Part shown: positions 19,351 to 28,411 of the stretch, piece by piece
Numbering within the stretch: the first letter of the stretch is position 1
Layout of the letters: each line of letters opens with the position of its first letter
DNA from: an uncultured Acidobacteriota bacterium
Lineage (GTDB): Bacteria > Acidobacteriota > Vicinamibacteria > Vicinamibacterales > CAVVIG01
Reading direction: 5' to 3'
NCBI GenBank assembly: GCA_963814975.1
Contig: CAWFFB010000030.1
Span: 175,563 to 239,562 of the forward strand
DNA: 64,000 nucleotides
Program-made: the position numbers and the translations under genes
Notes under the pieces: generated by a model
The model's database searches: none
What the model saw: the letters and a program-made list of their open reading frames with translations, nothing else
Told to the model about the DNA's origin: nothing

Positions 19351-21642
19351 ATGAAGAGCATGGACGATCCGCGTACGTCGACGGCCTCTCATACGATCAA
19401 CGCGCTCCAGTCGGCTCAAGACCGCGTAGCCGCTGATCTCGAACGGCTGGGTGCGCTCCACCGCAGCTACCGCGAGGGGCGCATCCATGTCCATGTGCCC
19501 GCGGCGCTCGAGTCAGCCGACGGACCACTGGACGACCTCGTCCAGGAATACCTGCCCACTTCCAAAGCCGCGCTCGAGGCGGCATCGAAGAGCCTGTTCT
19601 ACTCGCTGCCGGTGGCCTTCGACCCGGCCCATTCGATTGGCCCGTTCCTCGCGACAGTCGATCGCGACGCGGAGGGCCAGCCGTATCGCTTTCTCGACAT
19701 GGGTGCGCTCATCGCCACCCAGGCCTTCGGTGAGAACGATCCCGCGGTCGTCGAAGCGGTGTTGAACCATCTGCCGTACGCGTTCTCGCGCTATGCGCAC
19801 TCGGAGTACCAGACCGCGGTCTCGCTGCAGCTGAAAGCCGAGCTGAACAGCATCGCGCCGGCGGGGACGCCGCGCCACTTCGTGGTCAACACCGGCGCCG
19901 AGGCGGTGGAGAACGCGATCAAGTCCGTCCTCCTCAATCGCGTGAAAACAACCGGCGACCCGAACGGTGGCTTCATCATCTCGTTCGAAGGTGCGTTCCA
20001 CGGTCGAACGCTGGGCAGCCTCGCGGTGACGAACAGGAAGAAGGCTCGCCTCGGATTTCCCACGTTCGACTGGCCCCAGGTGTCGTTTCCCGTGCTCGAC
20101 GACAAACCGAAAGAAACGGCGCGCCGTGAGGAAAAGAGTCTCAAGCAGGTCTGGGACCTCCTGGTCTCGGGCCGCCTGCCGCACGCCGAGAAGAGCAAGG
20201 AGACGTTCCGTCGCGAGCTGGACGCGATCGACACGTTCCTGGCGACGCCGGGCCCGGACGCGACCGCGTTCGTGCTCGCCCAGCGCGCGGCGCTTAGTGC
20301 CGACACCATCAGACGCAGCCGCAGGGTCGCGGCGGTGCTGGTCGAGCCGATCCAGGGCGAGGGAGGCGTTCGCTTCACAAGCCCGGGATTCATGCGAAGG
20401 CTGCGGCTGCTCACCGGTATCTACGACGTTCCGCTCATGTTCGACGAGATTCAGACGGGCTGGGGCGCCACCGGGCGAATGTGGGCGCATGAGCTGTTCG
20501 AACTGCCCATGCCGCCGGATATCGTGGTCTGGGCCAAGAAGGCGCAGAACGGCGTGCTGTTTGTGAGCGAAGAGATGGCGACGTTCTTCCAGGAAGAGAA
20601 GAAGTTCAACACGACCTGGGAGGGCGAAGCCGTTGGCATGGTGCGCCTGCTCGCGACGCTACATCGAATCGATCTGGAGCAGGTGCGCCGCACCGGCGAG
20701 CGCGCCCGCCGGGGATTGGAGAAGCTCGCTCAAGACTATACCGGGCTGATTCAGGACGTGCGGGGTGCTGGTGTGATGCTCGCGTTCGATGTGGCACGCG
20801 CCGACTGGCGGGATGCGCTGCGCGACCGCGCCTTCCGGCGCGGCCTCGTGCTCCTGCCGGCAGGGGATCGGGCGCTGAGGTTCTATCCGCGCTACGACAC
20901 CGAGCCGTATGCGATCGACGAGGCGCTCTCGATCCTGAGAACTGCAGTGGAAGACATCGTGAGTGGGCGCGTGGAACCGTTGACAACGGGACCGAACATC
21001 CGCGTCGGGGCGCTGGAGTGCCTGCTCGAGGCGATCGACGTGCTCGACATCACCGCAGCGAACTTCCCGGAACACAGAGCCCAGGTCATGGACGTCGAGG
21101 TCGAGCACTACGGCGCGTTGAAGCAGTATCCGCCCGATGTCCTGCAGGCCGGCGGGCGGCCGCTGCTCCAGTTGCCTTCCGAGGTACTCGAAACGACGCT
21201 CTCGAACGATCGGGCCGTCGGCGTGGCGCTGCGCGACGGCGTCAGCGGCCGCATCGTAGCCTACGCGCTCGGAAGCGCACTCGAGGATCACGACGAAGAA
21301 GGGGTCGGATCGGATCCCTCCTTTGGCGAGCACAACACGTTCTACCTGCAGGCGATGGCCACGCTGCCGTCGGTGCAGAACCAGGCGGCGATCGAGAACA
21401 AGCTGCTCGAGTTAATCCGCGTTCGGGCTCTCGCGGCCGGTTACGAATATATCTCGACACTCATCGAGGAGCGCGTTCACCAAACCGGCCCGGAATGGCT
21501 GCGCGAGGCGCAGGTGATCCGACTGATCGACAACTATCTGCGCAGCAGCATCCCTTTCGTGTATCTGCACGTGCCGCTCGAGCAACAACGAGGGCCGGAC
21601 TCGCGCGTCGACACCGAGTCGCCTCAGCGGAGGGTCTCATGA
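19351..21642 (+). CDS. class-III (L-lysine 6-aminotransferase-like) aminotransferase with a ~220-aa C-terminal GNAT-like extension
   Basis: NTGAEAVENAIK, SFEGAFHGRTLGSLAVTN..FPTFDWPQV, EPIQGEGG, FDEIQTGWGATGRMWAH, VWAKKAQ. After about nt 20970 there is an extra domain with an acetyltransferase-like pattern (..VGVALRDGVSGRIVAYALG..FYLQAMATLP..). Start taken at the ATG at 19351 (MKSMDDP). The ORF is open from 19207. Confidence 0.7.
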   Translation: MKSMDDPRTSTASHTINALQSAQDRVAADLERLGALHRSYREGRIHVHVPAALESADGPLDDLVQEYLPTSKAALEAASKSLFYSLPVAFDPAHSIGPFLATVDRDAEGQPYRFLDMGALIATQAFGENDPAVVEAVLNHLPYAFSRYAHSEYQTAVSLQLKAELNSIAPAGTPRHFVVNTGAEAVENAIKSVLLNRVKTTGDPNGGFIISFEGAFHGRTLGSLAVTNRKKARLGFPTFDWPQVSFPVLDDKPKETARREEKSLKQVWDLLVSGRLPHAEKSKETFRRELDAIDTFLATPGPDATAFVLAQRAALSADTIRRSRRVAAVLVEPIQGEGGVRFTSPGFMRRLRLLTGIYDVPLMFDEIQTGWGATGRMWAHELFELPMPPDIVVWAKKAQNGVLFVSEEMATFFQEEKKFNTTWEGEAVGMVRLLATLHRIDLEQVRRTGERARRGLEKLAQDYTGLIQDVRGAGVMLAFDVARADWRDALRDRAFRRGLVLLPAGDRALRFYPRYDTEPYAIDEALSILRTAVEDIVSGRVEPLTTGPNIRVGALECLLEAIDVLDITAANFPEHRAQVMDVEVEHYGALKQYPPDVLQAGGRPLLQLPSEVLETTLSNDRAVGVALRDGVSGRIVAYALGSALEDHDEEGVGSDPSFGEHNTFYLQAMATLPSVQNQAAIENKLLELIRVRALAAGYEYISTLIEERVHQTGPEWLREAQVIRLIDNYLRSSIPFVYLHVPLEQQRGPDSRVDTESPQRRVS

Positions 21643-23114
21643 CCGACGTTGCCATGTGGATCGATCACCGACACGACGGCGCACGGGGGGGCGAGACCAT
21701 GCCGGTCGAGAACCCGGCCACCGAGGAAACGATTGCCTCGGTCCCGCGGGCGCAGGCGGCCGACGTGGCTGTTGCCGTGGAACGGGCTCGGAGCGCTCAG
21801 CGCGCGTGGCGGCGGGTCCCTGGACTGGAGAAGGCGAAACTGCTGCACGAGGTGGCTGCCCGCATTCGCGCGATGCATCGGGAGTTGGCCGAGACGATGA
21901 CGCTCGAGGGCGGCAAGCCGATGATCGAGAACCTGGACGAGATCGAGTGGACGACCGCCTGCTTCGATTACTACGCGGAGCTCGGGCGCCACTCGCGGGG
22001 GACGTCGATCCCGCCCAGCTTCGAGCACCAGGTGAACTTCACCGTCAAGGAGCCGTTCGGCGTGGTGGCCGCGATTGCGCCCTTCAACTACCCGCTGTTG
22101 CTCATGGCGTGGAAGGTGGCACCGGCGCTGGCTGCCGGCAACACCGTCGTCATCAAGCCGGCCGACGAGACGCCACTCGCGACGCTCAAGCTGGCACACG
22201 CCTTCGAGGTCCTGCCGCCGGGAGTGGTGGGGATTGTCACCGGGACCGGAGAGGAGGCGGGCGAGGCCCTCGTTCGTCACGCGCACGTCGACATGATCGC
22301 GTTCACCGGGTCGACCGCAACCGGCAAGCGCATCATGCGCATCGCCGCCGATTCGCTCAAGAAAGTGAACCTCGAGACGAGCGGCATCGACCCCTTCATC
22401 GTCTGCGAGGACGCCGACCTGGACGTGGCCGCCCACGCCGCGGTCTGGGCCCGCTATCTCAACGCCGGCCAGGTGTGCACGTCGGCCAAGCGGATCTACG
22501 TCGTCGACGCTGTCGCCGATCCCTTCGTCGAGCGCTTTGTGCAACTGGCCCGGCAGGTCAGGGTCGGTGACCCTCGGCGGCCCGAGACCGACATGGGGCC
22601 GCTCATCTCGAGTCGGGCCCTGGGGGCAGTGAAGCGGTCGATTGAGAACGCCACCCGGGAGGGAGCGCGCCTCGCGACCGGTGGTGGGCGGCCCGAGGGC
22701 TGCGAGCGCGGTCATTTCCTGGAGCCCACCGTGCTCGACCGCGTCCGCCATGGCGGCTGTGCGACGCGGGAGGAGGTATTCGGTCCGGTCGCGGCTATCG
22801 TACGGGTGCGTGACGTCGAAGAGGCGATCGCCCTGGCGAACGACAGCGAGTACGGCCTGGGCGCGAACATCTACACGAACAACCTGCGCTACGTGATGAC
22901 GGCGATGGAGGAGATCAAGGCGGGCACATTCTGGGTGAATGACCCGCTCACGGACAACGAGGCCGGCCCGTTCGGCGGCATGCGCCAGAGCGGCATCGGC
23001 CGCGAGTTGGGCGAAGAAGGGCTCGACGCATTTCGCGAGACCAAGCACGTGCACATCGACTACATCCAGGAGCGCAAAAGCTACTGGTTCCCGTACGCCG
23101 AGCGACAGTGGTGA
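21639..23114 (+). CDS. NAD(P)-dependent aldehyde dehydrogenase
   Basis: [37 protein letters not shown], catalytic [16 protein letters not shown]. The ATG overlaps the upstream stop as ATGA. The usual LELGGK box reads LETSGI. Confidence 0.85.
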   Translation: MTDVAMWIDHRHDGARGGETMPVENPATEETIASVPRAQAADVAVAVERARSAQRAWRRVPGLEKAKLLHEVAARIRAMHRELAETMTLEGGKPMIENLDEIEWTTACFDYYAELGRHSRGTSIPPSFEHQVNFTVKEPFGVVAAIAPFNYPLLLMAWKVAPALAAGNTVVIKPADETPLATLKLAHAFEVLPPGVVGIVTGTGEEAGEALVRHAHVDMIAFTGSTATGKRIMRIAADSLKKVNLETSGIDPFIVCEDADLDVAAHAAVWARYLNAGQVCTSAKRIYVVDAVADPFVERFVQLARQVRVGDPRRPETDMGPLISSRALGAVKRSIENATREGARLATGGGRPEGCERGHFLEPTVLDRVRHGGCATREEVFGPVAAIVRVRDVEEAIALANDSEYGLGANIYTNNLRYVMTAMEEIKAGTFWVNDPLTDNEAGPFGGMRQSGIGRELGEEGLDAFRETKHVHIDYIQERKSYWFPYAERQW

Positions 23115-23119
23115 GAGAC

Positions 23120-24586
23120 ATGGACCCATTGCCGCTCTACATCGGCGGTCGTTTCACGAAGGGCGCCGAACCGCCAGCAGAGATCATCAACCCCGCGACC
23201 GGGTTGCCGATCGCGCGGGCGGCGCGCGCCACCCGCGCGGAAGCTCAGGCGGCGATTCAGGCCGCTCGCGACGCGTTCGATTCCGGCGCGTGGTCGGGCC
23301 TCACGGCGACGAAGCGCGGTCAGGTGCTGCTCGAAATCGCGCGACAGCTGCGGGAGTGTTCAGCGGAGCTCGCGCGACTCGAGACCGAGAACATGGGGAA
23401 GCCGATCGTCGAGTCCGAGTTCGACGTGGCAGACGCGGCGACCTGCTTTGAGTACTACGGGGGCCTTGCCAACAAGATCACCGGCGAGGTCAACCCGGTT
23501 CCCGACGAGGCGCTCAGCCTGACGCTCAAAGAGCCGGTCGGCGTCTGCGGGCAGATCATCCCCTGGAACTACCCGCTGCTGATGGCCGCCTGGAAGATCG
23601 CACCGGCGTTGTGCGCAGGGTGCACCGTGGTCCTGAAGCCGGCCGAGGCCACACCGATGACGGCTCTTGCGCTCGCCCGCATTCTGGACGGCATCCCGGA
23701 CCTGCCCAAGGGCGCGGTCAGCGTGGTCACAGGTGATGGTCCGGTGGTGGGGGCGCTCCTGGCCGAAAGCGACCTCGTCGACAAGGTCGCCTTCACCGGT
23801 TCGACGCGCACCGGTCGCGCCATCCTGCGCGCCGCCGCCGACTCGAACCTGAAGCGCGTCACGCTCGAGCTGGGTGGCAAGTCCCCGAACATCTTCTTCG
23901 CGGACGCGGACTGGGAGGCGGCAGTCGAAGGCGCGGTGTTCGGGGTGTTCGTGAATCAGGGCGAGGTGTGCTCGGCCGGGTCGCGCATCCTGGTCGAGAA
24001 AGCGATCCATGCGAAGTTTCTCGACGCGGTCGTTGCCAAGGCGAAGACCATCCGGCTCGGCGACCCGCTGGACCGCGACACGCGGATGGGTCCGCTCGTC
24101 ACCGCTGCGCATCGCGATCGTGTGATCGGTTACGTCGAGCAGGGAAAGCACGAAGGCGCGCAACTCGTGCTCGGCGGGGGCAAGCCGGGGGGCGCACTCG
24201 CGCGCGGTCTGTTTGTCGAGCCCACGATTTTCGACCGCGTGGATCCGGGCATGCGGATCGCGCAGGAGGAGATCTTCGGTCCGGTGGTTTCCGTGATTCC
24301 GTTCGAGGGCGAGCGGCAGGCGATCGAGATTGCCAATGCCACGCCTTACGGTCTGGCTGGCGCGGTGTGGACGCGCGACATCTTCCGCGCCTTCCGCGTG
24401 GTCCGGAAGCTGAGGGCCGGTATCGTCTGGGTGAATCACATGCAGCCCACCTACGTCGAGGCTCCGTGGGGTGGGGTGAAGATGAGCGGCGGTGGCCGCG
24501 AGCTCGGGCTGCACGGGGTCGACAACTATCTCGAGATGAAGCAGGTGCACGTCAACCTGAACGAAAATCCGATGGGCTGGTACTGA
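23120..24586 (+). CDS. aldehyde dehydrogenase (betaine/aminoaldehyde dehydrogenase-like)
   Basis: WNYPLLMAAWKIAPALCAGCTVVLKP, FTGSTRTGRAI, LELGGKSPNI, GEVCSAGSRI, EEIFGPV. It starts 5 nt after the upstream stop. Confidence 0.85.
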   Translation: MDPLPLYIGGRFTKGAEPPAEIINPATGLPIARAARATRAEAQAAIQAARDAFDSGAWSGLTATKRGQVLLEIARQLRECSAELARLETENMGKPIVESEFDVADAATCFEYYGGLANKITGEVNPVPDEALSLTLKEPVGVCGQIIPWNYPLLMAAWKIAPALCAGCTVVLKPAEATPMTALALARILDGIPDLPKGAVSVVTGDGPVVGALLAESDLVDKVAFTGSTRTGRAILRAAADSNLKRVTLELGGKSPNIFFADADWEAAVEGAVFGVFVNQGEVCSAGSRILVEKAIHAKFLDAVVAKAKTIRLGDPLDRDTRMGPLVTAAHRDRVIGYVEQGKHEGAQLVLGGGKPGGALARGLFVEPTIFDRVDPGMRIAQEEIFGPVVSVIPFEGERQAIEIANATPYGLAGAVWTRDIFRAFRVVRKLRAGIVWVNHMQPTYVEAPWGGVKMSGGGRELGLHGVDNYLEMKQVHVNLNENPMGWY

Positions 24587-24588
24587 GC

Positions 24589-25938
24589 GTGGCGAGATTG
24601 ACATGCGATGCGATCCGCATCCGTACGTCGCTCCCCGGACCCCGGAGCCGGGCTCTGGTCGAGGAGCGCCGGCGTTTTGTCGCCGCCGGAGTTGCCGAGG
24701 CGCGGCACGGCATCTTCTTCGAGCGCGCCGAGGGGGCACGTCTCATCGACGTCGACGGCAATGTGCTCCTCGACTTCAGCGGCGGCATTGGCTGCCTCAA
24801 TGCCGGCCACGGAGCGCCGCGCGTCATCGCTCGCGTTCGTGAGCAGCTGGACAAGCTTCAGCACGCGTGTTTCATGGTGGCGCCTTACGAGCCGTATGTC
24901 GCCCTGGCCCGCAAGCTGTGCTCAATCGTCCCGATCCCGGGGCCGACAAAAGCAGCGCTCTTCAACAGTGGGGCCGAAGCGGTCGAGAACGCGGTAAAAA
25001 TTGCTCGCTCCGCCACCGGCCGGCCCGCCGTGCTCGCGTTCGATCCGGGATTTCACGGTCGCACACTGCTCGCCCTGTCGCTCACCAGCAAGGCCTTCCC
25101 CTACCGAAGCGGCTTCGGGCCGTTCGCACCCGAGGTGTACCGGCTCCCCATCCCGGACGTGCTGCGCAGACCGCATGGCACGTCGGTCGACGAGTGGGTA
25201 GGGCATGCCATCAGGGAGCTTCACCGTTGTCTGAAAAGCACGGTCGATCCGCAGTCGATCGCGTGCGCCATCATCGAGCCCGTGATGGGCGAGGGCGGAT
25301 TCATCGTGCCGCCACGCGAGTTTCTGGCGGATCTGGCAAGTACCTGCAAGGAACACGGCATCGTCCTCGTTGCCGACGAGATACAAACGGGCTTCGGACG
25401 CACCGGCCGGATGTTCGCCTGCGAGCGTGTCGGCCTCGAGCCGGACCTTGTGTGCCTGGCGAAGTCGCTGTCCAATGGATTCCCGCTTTCGGCGGTGGTG
25501 GGGCGTGCGGCGATCATGGACGCCGTGCAGCCGGGAGGCCTGGGCGGGACATTCGGAGGCAACCCGGTCTCGTGCGCCGCGGCGCTCGGGGCCATTGAAA
25601 CGCTCGAGCAGGATGGACTGGTGGACCGCGCGGAAGCCATCGGCACGGTGGTGGCCAGGCGCTTCGAGGGAATGGTGGCGCGGTATCCCTTCATCGCCGA
25701 GACGCGCGGGCTGGGCGCCATGCGCGCGCTCGAACTGGTTGACGATCGCACGTCTCTCAAGCCTGACCAGCCCCGCACCGACCGGGTCCTGGCGCTCGCC
25801 GCGACGCGCGGCTTGCTGCTTCTTTCAGCCGGCCTGTACGGCAACGTGATCCGCACGCTGATGCCGCTGACCGTGACCGACGCCGAGCTCGAGGAGGGAC
25901 TCGACGTGCTCGAGTCATGCCTCGCTGATACCGCGTGA
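24589..25938 (+). CDS. gabT: 4-aminobutyrate/omega-amino-acid aminotransferase (class III)
   Basis: DFSGGIGCLNAGH, NSGAEAVENAVKIAR, FHGRTLLALSLT, EPVMGEGGF, ADEIQTGFGRTGRMFA, LAKSLSNGFPLSA (PLP lysine). GTG start 2 nt after the upstream stop. Confidence 0.8.
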   Translation: MARLTCDAIRIRTSLPGPRSRALVEERRRFVAAGVAEARHGIFFERAEGARLIDVDGNVLLDFSGGIGCLNAGHGAPRVIARVREQLDKLQHACFMVAPYEPYVALARKLCSIVPIPGPTKAALFNSGAEAVENAVKIARSATGRPAVLAFDPGFHGRTLLALSLTSKAFPYRSGFGPFAPEVYRLPIPDVLRRPHGTSVDEWVGHAIRELHRCLKSTVDPQSIACAIIEPVMGEGGFIVPPREFLADLASTCKEHGIVLVADEIQTGFGRTGRMFACERVGLEPDLVCLAKSLSNGFPLSAVVGRAAIMDAVQPGGLGGTFGGNPVSCAAALGAIETLEQDGLVDRAEAIGTVVARRFEGMVARYPFIAETRGLGAMRALELVDDRTSLKPDQPRTDRVLALAATRGLLLLSAGLYGNVIRTLMPLTVTDAELEEGLDVLESCLADTA

Positions 25939-27158
25939 TGCGACCGAAACCCGGAACTGGAGCGAAACCGCGAATCGTCATCCTGGGAGGGGCGGGCGCG
26001 ATGGGCCGGATCATGGTGCGCGATCTGCAGCGCACGAGTCGCGGCAAGGTGCGTATCGTTGTCGCCGACCGCGACGTCTCTGCCGCGCCGGGCCTCCGGG
26101 TCGAGACCACGCAGGTCGACGTCACCGATTCCGGGAGCCTTCGGCGCGCGCTGGACGGCGCCTACGCGACTATCGCCTCTCTGCCGTATCGTTACAATCT
26201 CGAGGCGATGCACGGAGCCCTCGAAGCGGGGGCGCATTACGTCGATCTCGGTGGCCTCTTCCACATGACCCGCCGTCAGCTCGAGCTCGCTCCTGAATTT
26301 GAGCGCCGCGGCCTGATGGCGATCCTCGGCATGGGCTCGGCGCCCGGGATCGTGAACGTGCTCGCAACGCTCGCGGCGCGCGGCCTCGACGCCGTCCGGG
26401 AGATCCATTGCCTGGTGGGCGGAATCGATCGAACCCGTTACCGCAACATGTCTCCCTTGTGGTTCGGCTACTCGGCCGACACGTTGCTCGACGAGTTCAC
26501 GATGCCCTCGCCCGTCTTTCGCGCAGGCAGATTCACGACGGTCCCCCCTCTCGATCCCGGCGAGCGCGTTGCCGTCCACTTCCCGGCTCCCGTCGGAACG
26601 ATCCCTGTCGACACCACGATCCACTCGGAGGTCGCAACCCTGCCCTTGTCGTTTGGTGACCGTGGCATTCGCGAAGTGACCTTTCGCCAGGGCTTTGACA
26701 CGGAGTTCAGGGACAGACTGAGCTTTCTGGTGCAGCTTGGTCTTGCGGAGACGACGGCGCTGGCCTCCTCCCTCTCGCAGGGCTCGACCTGTTCTGGCAT
26801 CGTGCCGCGCGATGTGCTGCTCGCGCTCGTTGGCCGCTTTCCACCGCCAGTGCCGATCGGGAAGCCGCACCGCTACGAAGTACTGCGCACCGTTGTCGGT
26901 GGGACGCACCGTGGCCGCCGGGTGACCGTTACCGCCGATTGCCACGCCGGCAGTAACGCGGGATGGGGAATCGGACCCGACATCGATACCGGCGCCCCGC
27001 CGTCGATCGCGGTGCAGCTCATGCTTTCCGGCGAAATCGAGCTGCGCCCGGGTGTCTGGGCCCCGGAACAGGTGGTTCCAGCCGGACCGTTCGTGCGCGA
27101 ACTCAGCCGTCGCGCCATGCGGGTGACGTGTCGCAGGCGAGCAGTCAGACGCGAGTGA
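25938..27158 (+). CDS. saccharopine-dehydrogenase-family NAD(P)-binding protein
   Basis: Rossmann start RIVILGGAGAMGRIMVRDL, ..HYVDLGG.., ILGMGSAPGIVNVLA, and a C-terminal Sacchrp_dh_C-like half. The ATG overlaps the gabT stop as TGATG. Confidence 0.7.
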   Translation: MRPKPGTGAKPRIVILGGAGAMGRIMVRDLQRTSRGKVRIVVADRDVSAAPGLRVETTQVDVTDSGSLRRALDGAYATIASLPYRYNLEAMHGALEAGAHYVDLGGLFHMTRRQLELAPEFERRGLMAILGMGSAPGIVNVLATLAARGLDAVREIHCLVGGIDRTRYRNMSPLWFGYSADTLLDEFTMPSPVFRAGRFTTVPPLDPGERVAVHFPAPVGTIPVDTTIHSEVATLPLSFGDRGIREVTFRQGFDTEFRDRLSFLVQLGLAETTALASSLSQGSTCSGIVPRDVLLALVGRFPPPVPIGKPHRYEVLRTVVGGTHRGRRVTVTADCHAGSNAGWGIGPDIDTGAPPSIAVQLMLSGEIELRPGVWAPEQVVPAGPFVRELSRRAMRVTCRRRAVRRE

Positions 27159-27245
27159 CGTCCTGGCTTACTGTGGTTCTCGGAAATTTCCTACAGCGCC
27201 CGACCGATCGCGCCTGGGATTGGGTGGAGCTCATTTCCTCGTCCA

Positions 27246-27290
27246 CCTGTTGGTGGCGAATTCCCAATCGGGGTGCAACACCGCTCTGAA
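27246..27290. repeat. copy 2 of the GAATTCCCAATCG-core repeat
   Basis: cctgttggtggcGAATTCCCAATCGgggtgcaacaccgctctgaa. See copy 1 at 673..715. Confidence 0.4.
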
Positions 27291-27559
27291 CGAAGTCGCG
27301 ATTCGGCCCGAGTTCGTCTCTACCTGCCGGTGCACCGCGGTAGTCGATCTGATCGACGCCGCGCGAGGCCGGACAGGTTTCCCGCAGGCGTCGTCGACAT
27401 TTCTCTCTGCTACCTCTTGCTCGAAGCTGCTTCACAGGTTGACCAATGGTCTCTCCATATCAGGCTGAAGACCTCGATGCCGACACAGGCCGACACCGGC
27501 GTGCCCGGATAGCACGGATTCGCGCATCGACGTTGGCCACGTTCACCTGGAACGCCAGC

Positions 27560-27710
27560 CGACTTCCGGCCCGCGACGGATGCCGCGGTCTGATCCGACA
27601 CGATGCCGCTGAGGGTGGTCGGTTGCTGAGCGGCACTCAGAACCGACGTGCCCACGAACGTGAACACGACAATCGGAGCAACAACGAGGCAGCGAAACAA
27701 CGACAACATG
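27560..27710 (-). pseudogene. 5' stub of a secreted carboxypeptidase-regulatory-like / TonB-dependent-receptor-like protein
   Basis: MLSLFRCLVVAPIVVFTFVGTSVLSAAQQPTTLSGIVSDQTAASVAG is a signal peptide plus the characteristic start of a CarboxypepD_reg domain. No recognisable continuation exists in any frame. Confidence 0.3.
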
Positions 27711-27914
27711 AGGCTCTCCCTTTTCCGGGACTGAACGCTCGACGAACCAGATCGACCTGCCTCCGCGAGGCTCGTCACACCAGCGCGGTGGGCGAGTCGA
27801 CGCAAACGCGCCGCGTGCGAATTTGCCCGCGAGCGTATGAACAGACGTGCGGTGGTCACAGTCCGTCGCGCTCTTGGGTGGCCGGGCTGTGCCGGTTGGC
27901 GAGACGAAGAAGGA

Positions 27915-28235
27915 CTAGATACGAGGCGGCGGGGGGTCTGGAGGGAGCGTGCCGTCCGAAAGCAAAGGGGGCTGGTACTCGATCGGGCGCGACGGCGTCG
28001 CATCAGCTACGACGGTGGCGGCTGCGACAGGAGGCGTCAGCGGTCCGAGCATCGACGCCAGGGCGAGACCCAGCTCATTCTGTGTGCTCTGCAAGCGGCA
28101 GCGTGCCGAGTCGGCCGGCTTGCCATGCATCGGGCACGAACCGTGGTCAGCCCCGTCCGCACACGTACAGATAATGCCTGTCTCTGAAGCTCCGCTTGTG
28201 AGCAGAAGGGCGGTCGTTCCAGTTACGACGGACAC
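27915..28235 (-). CDS. hypothetical small Cys/His-rich protein with Pro-rich tail
   Basis: 106-aa ORF: hydrophobic N-terminus, then CTCADGADHGSCPMHGKPADSARC, ending PPLLSDGTLPPDPPPPRI. No family recognised. Confidence 0.35.
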   Translation of the reverse strand: MSVVTGTTALLLTSGASETGIICTCADGADHGSCPMHGKPADSARCRLQSTQNELGLALASMLGPLTPPVAAATVVADATPSRPIEYQPPLLSDGTLPPDPPPPRI

Positions 28236-28411
28236 GTGGAGGAACAGCTACGCGACCGCCGCTGGGACGAGCAGACGTCGGATCTTCAGCACGAGTGCCG
28301 TTCAGCTTAGTGCCGGCACCAAGGCCGGCCAAGTGCTCGGGCCGGAATTGCGCCCCTGCGGGGCGTCCTTGCGGTAGCATTGCGACCAACAACCGACCCA
28401 GGGAGCGAATC

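Noticed and set aside
25221-26945. Very long antisense or out-of-frame ORFs. Examples: 25221..26945 (-, 574 aa), 21624..23129 (-), 23360..24739 (-), 31129..32715 (-), 7060..8406 (-), 40154..41293 (-), 36488..37573 (-), 17226..18074 (+), 35057..36334 (+), 21018.. upstream extension.
   Set aside because: Each is fully overlapped by a gene with strong family motifs on the other strand or frame. Their translations are Arg/Pro/Ala/Gly-rich with no recognisable motifs, as expected for stop-poor alternative frames in ~65% GC DNA.
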